DNA of 48,465 nucleotides from Cyprideis torosa (Eukaryota): NCBI GenBank assembly GCA_905338395.1, contig CAJPEW010001021.1, positions 1 to 48,465 of the forward strand, read 5' to 3'. Shown piece by piece: positions 21,437 to 33,084 of this stretch (position 1 is its first letter; each line of letters starts with the position of its first letter). The notes under the pieces were generated by a model. It saw only the letters and a program-made list of their open reading frames with translations, ran no database searches and was not told where the DNA came from. The position numbers and the translations under genes were made by a program.

Positions 21437-22340
21437 ACCAACACAAGACGATGGTGAGAAGAAGTCGGGAGGAGATCAGTCTGGCCAGACTCAAGGTAAT
21501 AGTCAGGATCCTGATCGAGACAGAGACCGTGAAGAAAGTGAAGAGGAGGAGGAGGAATCTGAGTCCGAAGTAGATCCCTTCGATGAATTCTATGAGCTGA
21601 CCGGAGTACGGTTCAATTTCCCTCCAAACACCGCGTATGGTAATGCGAATACGAGAAGAATTCGGCAGTTGGTACGAACTGCTCAAAACTTCTTGGAAGC
21701 GACGCAGAACCCGATTCTATTGAGGCGCATCGGCACACTGGCAAATGCTGAGTTTCAACGTCTTGGACAACCGACAAATGTTGTAGGATTCGGAAGTATT
21801 TTCGAGACTTTCGTTGCGCTGTTCGGTGTCAGAATTCATTTCAGCCAAGAAGTTGCGGAAATGGTGGGAAGAGTCCCACAACCGGGAAGTCCTCCAGCTG
21901 CACTGGATTGTGGTCCAGTTGAGTTGTCTTTGACTGAAGACGAGATCCAGGAAGTCATCAACGTTTATAGACAACTAATGGATTCTGAATCTACTCATCG
22001 CGTTCAACTGCAACAATACTGTGGAACGATTTCTCTACGGGATTTTCAATTGAATGCTAATGTCAAGTTCCGTACATACGAACATTTGATTTATCATGTG
22101 TTGAAGCATGCACTTGACCCGAGACTTATTCAAAATGGTTGGGCATTTATAGTAACTGTTGGTGCTGATTTTTACTCTATCGTCAGGAGATATATGGAAA
22201 TGTTGAATCAGATTAGCCAAGCGGAGAGGAACAGTACGCAGTGCACTATCGTCATCGAAACGAACGAACATAAAGTGGTTATAATTGTTAAAAATGGACA
22301 AGTTTGGGTTGTCACTTTCTTCATAAAGATAAGAGACTAA
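21437..22340 (+). CDS. ApoL-like fusion protein, exon 2 (PPTQDD..acidic linker + unrecognised ~270-aa C-terminal domain)
   Basis: ttattcttgcag acceptor joins exactly in frame (phase 2) to the 301-codon downstream ORF; spliced CDS 947+904 = 1851 nt = 616 aa. Confidence 0.7.
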
Positions 22341-22864
22341 AGTAGTATGGCTAAACCTATTCTGTACAAGATTGAATGCGTGATTGGAAAAACCAAATCA
22401 AATCATCAGCTTGAACATTTTATTTAGCCTCCTGTAGATTTTTTACACAGCTTTATGGTGTTATATGCTGTATAGTTTCTGCGTTCTTCAAAGAGAGAAT
22501 TTCTGAATTGTTATCGCTAATGAAGGCGACGTTTCCAAGAACGGTTTCATGAAGTTTGTTTAGCTGACGCTCAATGAATGAGACTCGAGTTTTTGTCAAG
22601 TACATATAACTGCGAGATGAGATAACCAACCAAATTTAAGTTCGCATAGGACAAACAAATGTACGCATAAGTGTAGCTTTAGATCATTTTGAGACTTGGA
22701 CGAACGGAATAAAACTTTCGGGACCTGATCCTGCAGATGCTCTAGAATAGCATTGAAGTTAGTATATGTGAGCGGGAAATACAGATCGAAATTTTTCTTG
22801 ACTGTTTACCTTAACTTCTGGAAGTTGTGTTTCTTTTAAACAAAGATGTTCTTCCTTCCCTCAG

Positions 22865-23424
22865 ATGTGTCCGGGTGAGTCGCCAAGCCTCGTTTCAATC
22901 CGGCAAGCGGTGGACGTAATCAGAGAAAGTTCAGACTGGCACAAGGATGTGAATCGGTTTTACTTTTCCGTCTTTGATTTTGCTCTCTCGAAACGGAGGA
23001 ATCAAACCAGGGAATCTCCAGAAGACACCAATGCGAAGTACGTTGTGCAGGAGTACGTCCGGAAATGGTCCACGTTTCGGAATTCCCTGACCAGGTCCAG
23101 GATGCTAATGGGCACTGTGGGAGAGACGATTTCTGTCGACCAAGTCTGCCAGATGCGTTCGGGATTGGAATTCTTCGCGTCAGATTTTGGTGAAGTTCCG
23201 TTATTTCTGGGGGAATACTCTATTCCGTTTGAGGATAGAGATTGGACAAACAGCAAAAAGTTCGGGGAGTACATCAAACCATTCATGACGAGTGAGCTAC
23301 TGAAAAGCTTCGATACGACACTCGATCATTTTTGTGAACAGTATCAGCTCTCAGAGCTAATTCCTTCCGACATCCCTGACTCACATTGGTGGTGGAAGAG
23401 AGCTGCCAAACCGAAGACGTCAGA
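22865..23424 (+). CDS. hypothetical protein, exon 1 (MCPGESPSLVSIRQAVDVIRESSDWHKDVN...)
   Basis: 187-codon ORF preceded by a ccctcag acceptor; GTAAGA donor overlaps the stop; product unrecognised. Confidence 0.45.
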
Positions 23425-23531
23425 GTAAGATCCGTAGGCGGTCATTCGAATGCAATGCATGCGGTAAAAAATATCTATAAAATGTTTGAGCACTTTCACT
23501 TCTTCTTAACCCGGAAATTTATTTGCTTTAG

Positions 23532-23628
23532 GAAAGCCAAAGCTGTACATCCGAAGAAGACAAAGGCAAGAACTACAGCGCGAGGAAGGTTCCGCCAGAA
23601 AACCGGTCGGTTCTGTTGCATTGAATAG
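23532..23628 (+). CDS. hypothetical protein, exon 2 (polybasic tail ...KKTKARTTARGRFRQKTGRFCCIE*)
   Basis: tttgctttag acceptor is in phase with exon 1; TAG stop at 23626-23628. Confidence 0.4.
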
Positions 23629-24699
23629 CCTTGTCGAACCTCTCGGCATTAAACTGTGAAGAGCGTATAATCACTCATCTGCGGACAGGCAGTTAGTTGC
23701 ATGCATTGTATTCTATATATAAATTGTCCTACCTTTTCAAAATGGCAACATTATATGGAAGTCTTGACTGAAAGTTATCAATTAGTTCACTACTTCCGCC
23801 GTGTTGTATTGAATCAATTTTCATTTGAAAACCTTTTCAGTGACTATTAAAAGAAAAGAAGAAAGGTTTGAAACGGGGCTTTGAATGGAATCATGTTGTA
23901 ATTTTTCTCATATTGCCAGTTAACTTTTGAGTGGACTTATTTCCCAACAAGTGCACCGCGACTTCCCAAAAATAAAAATTTAATAATGTTTTTTGAAGTT
24001 GTTCCGGAAAATTCAATGCGATTGCGACTTGATATATTGATTACAATTGAATACAGAAACTTTGGAAGATGACACATCAGTTTCATCGTCATGACCAATA
24101 TTATTGATTTGCGACATCTCATACAAATTGAGTACGTACAACAATCGTAACATACATACAACAATAAATTCTATTAATATTGTAACTTGAACTTAGATGT
24201 GCCTCAACCTAAACATACGTGAATATAATTCCACTGTAAGAATAGCGAATGTCTGTGGACTTTCACAGTTAAACCTACACTACCTTTCCTTTGAAATCTT
24301 TAATTTCATCTTCGCAGGAAGTCATCATCACCAACTACAGGGACTTAGTACAATGCACAATTTTGCAGCCAAACATTTCGGGCAAACGTCTCGCAACCGT
24401 AAAACATCGCAATCCCACATGACGTTGCCTCAGACTTAGTCAATATGGTATTAACGCTAGCTAACTTCCTATAAGGTACCTAGCAATGATACCTATCATT
24501 TGAATTGAAATGAACCCCCAAAATTTGAGACAACAACAAGGTCAGATAGCAAAAAAAGATACACTGTACGGTCAGAAAAATAATATTATTGCAACCATTA
24601 CCTTCAGCATTGTAGATTTGAATTGTGTGTCAAGTTCTGATCAGATTCTCTTCTATTTTCCCCTTGACTATAGCTCATTAACCGACAACAATCGAAACG

Positions 24700-25860
24700 T
24701 AATTAAGCCCTGTATCTCATGAAACGTAATTAAGGCGAATATCTCATGAATTTCAATTAAGGCCAATATCCATGGAACGTAATTAAGGCCAATATCTCAA
24801 GAACGGTTGTAGATAGCGCCAGGAAAATAGACATCTAATCGGTCGGCGGCGCCGAGAACTACAAAATTGCCAATGTGTGTCATCACATTAGGATGACCGT
24901 TGACGAGTTATTAGGGTAAATTCGTATATCATTAGAACGGCTGAACGTAGCGCCAAGACAGTAGACATCTAATTTCTCGGGAGCGTTGAGATGTACAATT
25001 TTAGCTATCTGAGTCATCACGCTAGGACGAACCGTTAATGAGTTATGAGTGAAAATGTGAATTGAGAAGAAGTAATTAAGGCGGATATCTCAAAAACCGT
25101 TGAAGATGCAGTAGATACGTAATCGGTCGGCGGCATCGAGATTTGCAATTTTCTGTCTGTGCCATCATGCTCCGACCACGAGGGGAAATGAAACTTGATA
25201 AAAAGTAATTGAATTGTGTTCAAATCACAATATAATTTTTAATCGATCAGCGAGATGATAAAATCTATCTCTGTAACAATATATCAGTGGAAGACTGAGT
25301 ATCTCTCAGTAATTAAGGCGTATCTCAAGAACGGCTGAAGACAATGGAACGGCGGCGTTGAGATCTACAAGTTTGCCTATTTGAGTTATCACGTTAGAAT
25401 GAACCGTTAATGATTTATGAAGGAAAATGTAAATTGCCGAAAGGTAATTAAGGCAGATATCTCAACAAAAAAAAGCACCAAGACAAATGTAATCGGTCGG
25501 CGGTATCTACAATTTTGCTCATTAGTGACATCACTATAACAAATCGTTTATCACTTACTGGGCGAAATGTACGAGTAAGTTGGTAAAAAGTAATTGAGGC
25601 GGAGATCTCGAGAACACGTCTAGATAACGCAAGCACAGTAGACGGTTACAATTTCGTCCCTGACAGTCACCATGCTAGGATGAACCGTTAATAAGTAATT
25701 AGGCCGAACGCAAATTGGCGATGACACCGTATGCGGTCTTTCGTTTTGAGGCGTCGATAGCTATAGTGTCAAGTCAACACCGTAGGACAAACCGTTAATA
25801 ATTCACAAAATTGTAACGGTGTGATGGCACCCGTTCAACAAGACCACCTTCGTCAAGGGG
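24700..25860. repeat. satellite-like array of ~170-bp diverged units x ~7
   Basis: Units recur with shared blocks taattaaggcgratatctcaagaacggctgaagat, ...gtagacatctaatcggtcggcggc... and ...tcatcacgctaggatgaaccgttaatgagttatga. Confidence 0.8.
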
Positions 25861-26572
25861 ACCATGTGTGGAACACACGCTGTGAATTCTTCAGATTCTC
25901 TTCGGCTTTACGTGACTAATACGTTCATAAATGATAGTAATCAGTTTCTGAGAAGTAATGGAATGAATAATGCAATAAAGGAAGGTAGCACTAATCAAAA
26001 CAACTTCTTTCCATCTTGTTGTCTAATACGTAGATTATCGAGACAGCACAAAGGAGTGCCTCCAGCATAGTGTAACCTAGTTGCCTCATTGTCCGTGAAG
26101 TTGCATAACATGCAGCACATTTTTCTCAAACTTTGAACAGCTAGAAGCTTTGTAACTTCAGGAAGAAAATGTCTGCTCTATCGCCGCTAGTAGGACGCCC
26201 AATCAAGCTGCTCTACCTCTTATATTAAGGGAGAAAAGGGGGATCAAATTCACTAGGGACGAAGAGAGAAAGACCCGCTAAAAGGGACCTCGACTTGACA
26301 GACTAGCTCGATCAAGACGCCTCAGTTTCTTCGTGAAGCAGCAGATGGAAGACACACATAAATTTGTGCATCTGGTCAGGTTTTCAGTTGAGAGTTGTGG
26401 AGGCTCAGTTCAAGATCAGCAACGACTGACTGCGGCGAGTAGTTGCCACCGATGATGTCTTTGACAAGACAATAACATTGCCCTGGGTTCCTTCTATGTT
26501 GGACACTAGAATGTATAATCAGGCGAAGCCATGACCAAAGAAAATCGCGCGAACGATGAAGAGTTAATGCCA

Positions 26573-26700
26573 CTGTAATGGGGCCACCACTCTGCAGGGT
26601 TGTGCTAAAACGCCACTGTCAATGGGGCCACCACTCTGCAGGGTTGTGCTAAAACGCCACTGTCAGGGGGTACCACACTACAGGGTTGGGTACCTTGGTA
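26573..26700. repeat. ~48-bp tandem repeat x ~2.7 (gccactgtcaatggggccaccactctgcagggttgtgctaaaac)
   Basis: Direct observation. Confidence 0.9.
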
Positions 26701-27407
26701 TCCCTAACCGTGCCTATGCTCTGAGACAGGTGACTCGGCTTGTTTTTCTATCGTGGGCTTTCATCTCTGCCTGTCAATCACTGGTCAAAAAGGGACGTCT
26801 GTACCTTTTGAGAATAAGCCTAAAATTACATCCGCCCACGAACTCGTAATCTCTTTGTAAAATGTATTGTCTGTTTCTCACTCCCACTACTGCCTTTCGA
26901 AAATATTAGAAAAAAATCGATTTTTGATTTTGACAGCACTTGTTGCAATGTGGTTTAATCATCAAACGACAGATAATGCAATCAGTAACATTCGCGCTTA
27001 AAAGATATCCTTCAAGACAGAAAGACAATGTCAAAAAAGTAGTTCTATCAAAATAAAAGTTCCAAAATCATCATTGTAAGAATCCAGGGTGACATGTATA
27101 ACTCATCAGTCCCATTAGTTCAAGAAGGAGAACGTATACTTCAGGTAGGATCGTCCAATGTATTACATCGAAACACCAACAATATCAAATGTAATGTATA
27201 CGATTTGCAGTATTTGAACAGTACAGTCGTGGGCATTGCAAAAAGGAAAAATCTGGGGTCACGAAGGACAGCTGGGAGACGAGGCAAATCAGGTGGAATA
27301 CGAACAGGTGATGGAAAGGAGATGAAAACAAGACAAAAAATATGTAGAAGTCGAGTCGGGTCCACGGGTATCCCTTTAGAATTTCTAAAGGTCAAAAGAC
27401 TGAAGAT

Positions 27408-27559
27408 TCAAAAATAAGGCGAATTCGAGTTGGGCCCTCGTCGCCGTCCATCATAGCTTGGCACGCTGGATAAAAATCGACGATTGTATTGCATCCTTCG
27501 CTTAGCTCGGCCAGTCTTCTTCTTTTTCTTCTCCTGTCTTTCAACCTTCGGTGTTTGTC
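27408..27559 (-). CDS. FAU: FAU exon 3 (ribosomal protein S30 body)
   Basis: [29 protein letters not shown] aligns to S30 [29 protein letters not shown]; TGA stop; the three exons sum to 411 nt = 136 aa. Confidence 0.9.
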
Positions 27560-27684
27560 CTGTAAGGAAGAAGGATAATAATAAAAAATGAAGCTAAGGA
27601 ATTTCTGCAGCAGGAGCGATTTCTGAGCGACAAAAAGAAGCATATACATCAACAGTTCGTTCTGTATGTGTGAGGAAGCTTTAC

Positions 27685-27865
27685 CTCTGACTTTCCCAGC
27701 ACGTGCCAAAGAGCCATGAACTTTGCCTCCCAACAGGGGGATGTTTACTTCCACAACCTTTCCTTCAAGGCCAGACAATGCATCGCTCTCAGAGAGGGGG
27801 CATCCCTCAGCGAAGATCTTGAATCCCGTAGAAGGGGATGATCCGAATTTTGACTCCAAATGAGC
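27685..27865 (-). CDS. FAU: FAU exon 2 (UBL C-terminus with GG, start of S30)
   Basis: AHLESKFG...LLGGKVHGSLARAGKVRG aligns to FAU AHVASLEG...MLGGKVHGSLARAGKVRG; GTAAAG donor. Confidence 0.9.
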
Positions 27866-28104
27866 CTGTATCAAGAGAAAAATACGAGTAGTGATCAGCT
27901 GTCTTTTATTTCTCGAATTTTCTGGGGCCCATTTTGAGGATTTTATACCCCCAGACACCTCAATCTGCAGCGAATCGAGTCTAAGCTTTGAAGGCTCAAA
28001 CAAAAACTAAGAGGCGCAGAGTCATTACGATATACCCTTTGGCTGCACAAGGTTTGGTCTCTGGGAATCCTGTAGAGCAGTTACGCATATGTTTTTAAGC
28101 CTAC

Positions 28105-28182
28105 CTTCAGATCGGCAACGGTTCCCTCCTCGAATTCAAAATCCTCGGTCTTCATCTGATGGTTTCGAAGCGTCAGGATCAT
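28105..28182 (-). CDS. FAU: FAU (ubiquitin-like FUBI - ribosomal protein S30 fusion), exon 1
   Basis: Minus-strand MILTLRNHQMKTEDFEFEEGTVADLK aligns to human FAU [31 protein letters not shown] donor. Confidence 0.9.
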
Positions 28183-31180
28183 CTTCGATTTTCCAAAATC
28201 GCAGAACGCAGAGAGAATGCAGACTTCAGGAGTACACCTGGAGTAGTGGAATGGAAAGGAAATGCGGATTATATACTTTAAGGTTCGCAGAAAGACGAAG
28301 ACAACTCTGTCAGCAAGCCAACCTACTCCCAACTTAAAATCTAAAGTTTCTGACTAACCAATTTTCCGCACTTTGTTCATACTTTTATCGTAAATCACTG
28401 ATAACAAAAGATACAAACGATATTTTCATTAATCAAAAATTGATGTAATAGATGAAGCGATCAATAGATTAAAACCTCCTATAGAAGTAAAGCAAAGCAA
28501 AACAACTCTGTCCTGTTCGGATGTGTATCACGAATTACGGAATTCTATAATTAGCGCTTCTTTCTTATACTTTCCGTCAGGAGGAATTTTAGATATTAGA
28601 TTCCGGCTGCACGTGCACCATGATTTTCGCTATCTCAAAAGGTTCACGTCAGATGTTCTGAGACAAAACTCAGAGAATATAGGAACTCAGAAAACCAACA
28701 AAACAACCACCAAATTATGCGAGAAGCGAACAGAGGTACGGTATAATATAACTCACTTATTCAAAAGAACAGGGCGTTGCTCCGTCCAGGGTCCAGGGCT
28801 TGATGAGCTGATCACTGGTGTGGTGATTGAAGTGGAATGAAACTTGAAATGGATATGGAATCGAGATGCGAAATCATGGAGGTGGAGTCCAGCTTGGCTT
28901 TAGTCTGACTGATCGCACGCACGCACACTGGTCGCTGCTGTCTCTCTAGCCGTTGTGCTGCTGGTGGCTGGCTCTGGCTGGTACTGTTCGCTCCTGACTC
29001 CGCCCCACGCGACTCAGGCCGTGAACTGGGAGCTGCAACTGCCAATCTACTGTTGGCCTCCCCCTCCCCCAAAAATTTGAGAAAATGTGTGTAAAAAATC
29101 AGGCTGTTTTTAAACCAGACATCTAGGCCGATTTATTCGCATTTCGAAGGTTAGATGATAAGTGATTCTCACGGATCGAAAAAAGCTAACCCAGATCATA
29201 ATACGACTTGTTGCAAGATGCCTCATAATCAGTAGCCTCCAGAGGAGAAAATGTAGTCTGAAAAATGTTTTCTTATAGCTTTTCTACCACGCAAGATCAA
29301 GTTGATTGAAATTGGACGGTATAAATAACGAAGATACAGAAACGTGAGTTCATGCTCCAAAAACGAAACCCGAGAAGCACCTGAAGAACAATACGATTTA
29401 ATTAATCTATGTATATTATATTGCTCCTAAATTAAATGTTGGTCGCACACTCGCAAAAAATAATTATTAAAAAAAGGGCTGAGAAATGAAATCTTCGTCT
29501 CTGCAAATTGCACACTTAAACTTTAAACATAATTATCCTTAATTGGCAACCGTGTTTCATCGCTCTACTTGATAATCTATTATCTACTAACAGTAACACA
29601 CGATCTCTTGACCATCGCTCTAGTAACATACTCATACATCCTTTTACCAGACCTCAGAGATGCTCAATGCATTAATCGCAAAGCATCTTTCAGAAAGAGA
29701 TTTGGTATAATTTCTCTGAAGCATTGCTGAAATCTTGTCGCGTGTTTCTTCGAGCTGCCTATTTCATTCATAACATTTCGATTACATAGCTCCTGTCCTT
29801 TTAGTAACTTCGACTTCAAAATATCAGCTTTCCCGCCTTTAATAAATAGGAACAGCCTTCCCGCCTAAGTAGGAATTATATATGAATTCTGCTGCAATTG
29901 GCAACCGTATCGATAATGACGTGTCACAATAATAATAATAATACGTTTAATTGCGTCTCAATTCGGACATCGTCATTTTAGATCCAAAATTCCATGGCCA
30001 TGCTTTCAACAGACCTGAGCAGTTTGCTTAACCCACCCACAGTTTCACGTCTACCTGCAGCTTTCCGGCTGATGATGACGTAAGAAATCTCCTTTTGTTG
30101 CACATTAAAGTGTTCTGCAAAGTTTCCTCGTATAAAATTTGTCTAAGGAGGACCGATTATGGAAGTCATGTCATTGCTGTGACGTGAGTGACAAAGCTGA
30201 GACGCCTTTCAGAGGTTTTGTCTAATTTCTGAGATTTCCCAACTTCGTCCCTCATTTTGGCCTTTTCAACCGACAAGGTTACCATATTATTCCAAGTCAA
30301 ATCGCTGCTCTGTCATACAGGGACGAAGGCAGAATTCTGCTACAGCTGGCAACCGTCTTCATCTGCGTCCAAAAATCGTCGTCCTGTTCTGGTTAGTTGG
30401 ACCCATTGTCCCGAAATCAGCAGCCAAAATCGAAGTTTCCATTTCGAGAAAGACGTCTCTTACTTTTGGGTGTAACCGTCTATTGTCTTGGAGCCCCTGC
30501 CGCGCGAGATACAGGGGGCATGTGTACCACACCCAGGTTGAAGATTGGAAAGTTTGATCTAAGATCCATCGGACTCTGTGAGCAAATCGCGTTCACCCTT
30601 GGACTGTGTTTACTTCTGTCGCGACGTCTCCTGTCTCGCCTCTCTGTTCTTGGGCGGCGAACGATTGCTTCGTCTGGACTCATGTCGCCACCCAAGATCT
30701 CTCTGTAGAATTGAACCTAAAATCGCAGGAAGAGAGAATAGAACTTTCAATTCGATTTGAGACTGCTTTCTGGAATTCTGCGACTGTATAAGACTTTGTT
30801 TGAAAAGGTATAAATGACGACGAAGTATCCTCTTCCTCCCCTCTGTTAAATACCTTCAAAAACTATAGGAGAAGATCTTCAGACTTGCTTTACAGTATAT
30901 AGAGGAAGAAAGGAGAAGGTCAAGAATAGAAAGTGGAAGCTAAGACCTATCCCCTCCGATGAATAATTTTGTCCCACTCTTACCGATTTTTCCACCATTG
31001 CAATTATCTCAGTTGATAACGCAATGAATTAATTATTTGTAAATTAGATTATACTATCAATAATATCAAACAGGTTATTATCACGACAGTGAGAACATGA
31101 CTTTACCGGCGCCAATGAAATCATTTTGCAAACTGAGCTGTGTGGAGTATACTTGAAGCCCGATCCAAATTCGCGATTGC

Positions 31181-31530
31181 AATCGCGTTTGTAATCGCGA
31201 TTCCTGGAAGTGAAGCTGATTTGAACCTGCTCTGAAGCCGATTCAAGAATCGCGTTTCCTAAAGCTGTACAATCTGTCAAAAAACCGAACACAATCGCGA
31301 TTCCTGGAAGTGAAGCTGATTTGAACCTGCTCTGAAGCCGATTCAAGAATCGCGTTTCCTAAAGCTGTACAATCTGTCAAAAAGCCGAACACAATCGCGA
31401 TTCCTGGAAGTGAAGCTGATTTGAACCTGCTCTGAAGCCGATTCAAGAATCGCGTTTCCTAAAGCTGTACAATCTGTCAAAAAGCCGAACACAATCGCGA
31501 ACACAATCGCTGGAAGTGAACTTCTCCTAA
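31181..31530. repeat. 100-bp tandem repeat, 3 near-identical full copies plus partial flanks
   Basis: 31201-31300, 31301-31400 and 31401-31500 differ by a single a/g. Confidence 0.95.
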
Positions 31531-33084
31531 GTATCTGGGGCCCATCGGATGATGTGGTCACCCTGTGACCACACCAGCTTTATAGGGTATACAATTATAC
31601 ATGACTTGGTTGTTGTACTGATTGGATTTTCCGAACAGATAGGCAGTAGTCGAGAGATATGACTGCATGTACTGATTGGATGTTATTTTTTCTCAATTTA
31701 ATATTAATTAATTGAATAGTAATTGATCAATTTTCTCATTAAAGCAAGCAAAAACGTCTTCTGGTGAGCAACCTTTTTTTCGAGAAGCTATAGCTTTTTT
31801 CGATATCTCTGGCTTCAGTGGAAATTCTGCCCAGTCGATGTTGACAGCCACTTCGCTTGAAATGTGGCATAGAAGACTTCATAAACAACTGAGCTTATTC
31901 TTTTCAGTTATTGTTTCGATGATTCATATTGAGGCGTCGCCTGTAAACGTCTGACATCCCTGATAAACTCGAAGGGTTGTTCTTGTTGAGCTGTCATGAT
32001 AATTATCATCAATTCGTCAAAATCAGGGGCCAATTGACACTTTTTTCAGCACAGCGGGTGGGCGTCAACCAAGATGAGAAAAATTAACCTCCAATCGCCC
32101 CAGCCAAAATCAGTTCCATCTTGGAGACTTGAACTGGGTGTCAACCTCTTAACCCCTGCTGCGATGATGACATGCTGAACCACACCTACGACACGCCAAG
32201 TTTGAAGAGATGAGAAAGTCTTGAAATCAGATGTAACGATTCTGTTGAGAAAGCGAGAGCTTCGTCTCGAAAAAGAACGGAAGGGAAGGAGTTGCATCCC
32301 AGCCTCGCTGGTCGTGCATTTTGGAACCAAACCCTCACCATGTTTACTACCTTTTTTTTTTTTTCTGTCGCGACATGTTTGCAGCAGACGTCTCGCTCTG
32401 TCTTTGAGTATCGAAGACATGGCAATCGGCGACCTCTTTGTGTGGACGTCTGGAGGTCGTCGCCAAGCCAACGAAGATCTTTCTCCGAAACCACCCGCCA
32501 AGAGAATCGATGTTAAAGCGACGTAATTATGCTCATGCTCCAACTGAGACCTAACTGGCACAATCAAGTACTGCCTCGAATTTTGATCACTAATGTCACC
32601 GTTATGAACCCATAAGAACCCAGTTTAAAGTGAAAATTTAGCGTTCTATATTTCGTACCAGAGAATTAAAGCGTATTATCGATGATGAGTATCGTCCCAA
32701 ACAACGGGAATGAATGAGAGGGATCCCTATTGACAACGGAGCTCAGTCAAGCTGTTTTTCACCGCCATATGTTTCTTTTCTGGCGAAACGAATGAACAAA
32801 AGTGTTGCAAACATTCACTGGACCGAATGTCTAGACGGTAGCCTGACCGGAAGTAGCTGTTACGATCAGGCGGGCGCCTGTCTTATATACCTCTTCTTTT
32901 TGCAGCTGTTTTTTTTTTTTTCGTCCCTGAAAAAATGCTTCATCAATTTAAAATCCTTGGTAAACGATACTGAGTTTCTTCAGCAGATTCGTGAGAACAG
33001 AATCTGGACCTGGAGAACCACGAAGGCACAGCGTTCCGCGTTTGATCCCTATACTCCCTGTCAGTAGTTATTTTGCGGTAGCCC

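Noticed and set aside
23700-24700. Short ORFs in the AT-rich spacer (23937-24164, 24197-24439, 24510-24722)
   Set aside because: AT-rich with Ile/Asn/Phe-biased products, no splice or homology support.
31044-31561. Three minus-strand ORFs (MNRLQSRFKSASLPGIAIVFGFLTDCTALGNAILESASEQVQISFTSRNRD...) through the 100-bp repeats
   Set aside because: The repeat period (100) is not a multiple of 3. The ORFs are frame-shifted copies of the same peptide created by the repeat, so they are not plausible coding.
32046-32567. 173-codon minus-strand ORF
   Set aside because: No recognisable homology. It contains a homopolymer-derived KKKKG. It is overlapped by + strand ORFs of similar length, which is typical of a non-coding GC-neutral region.
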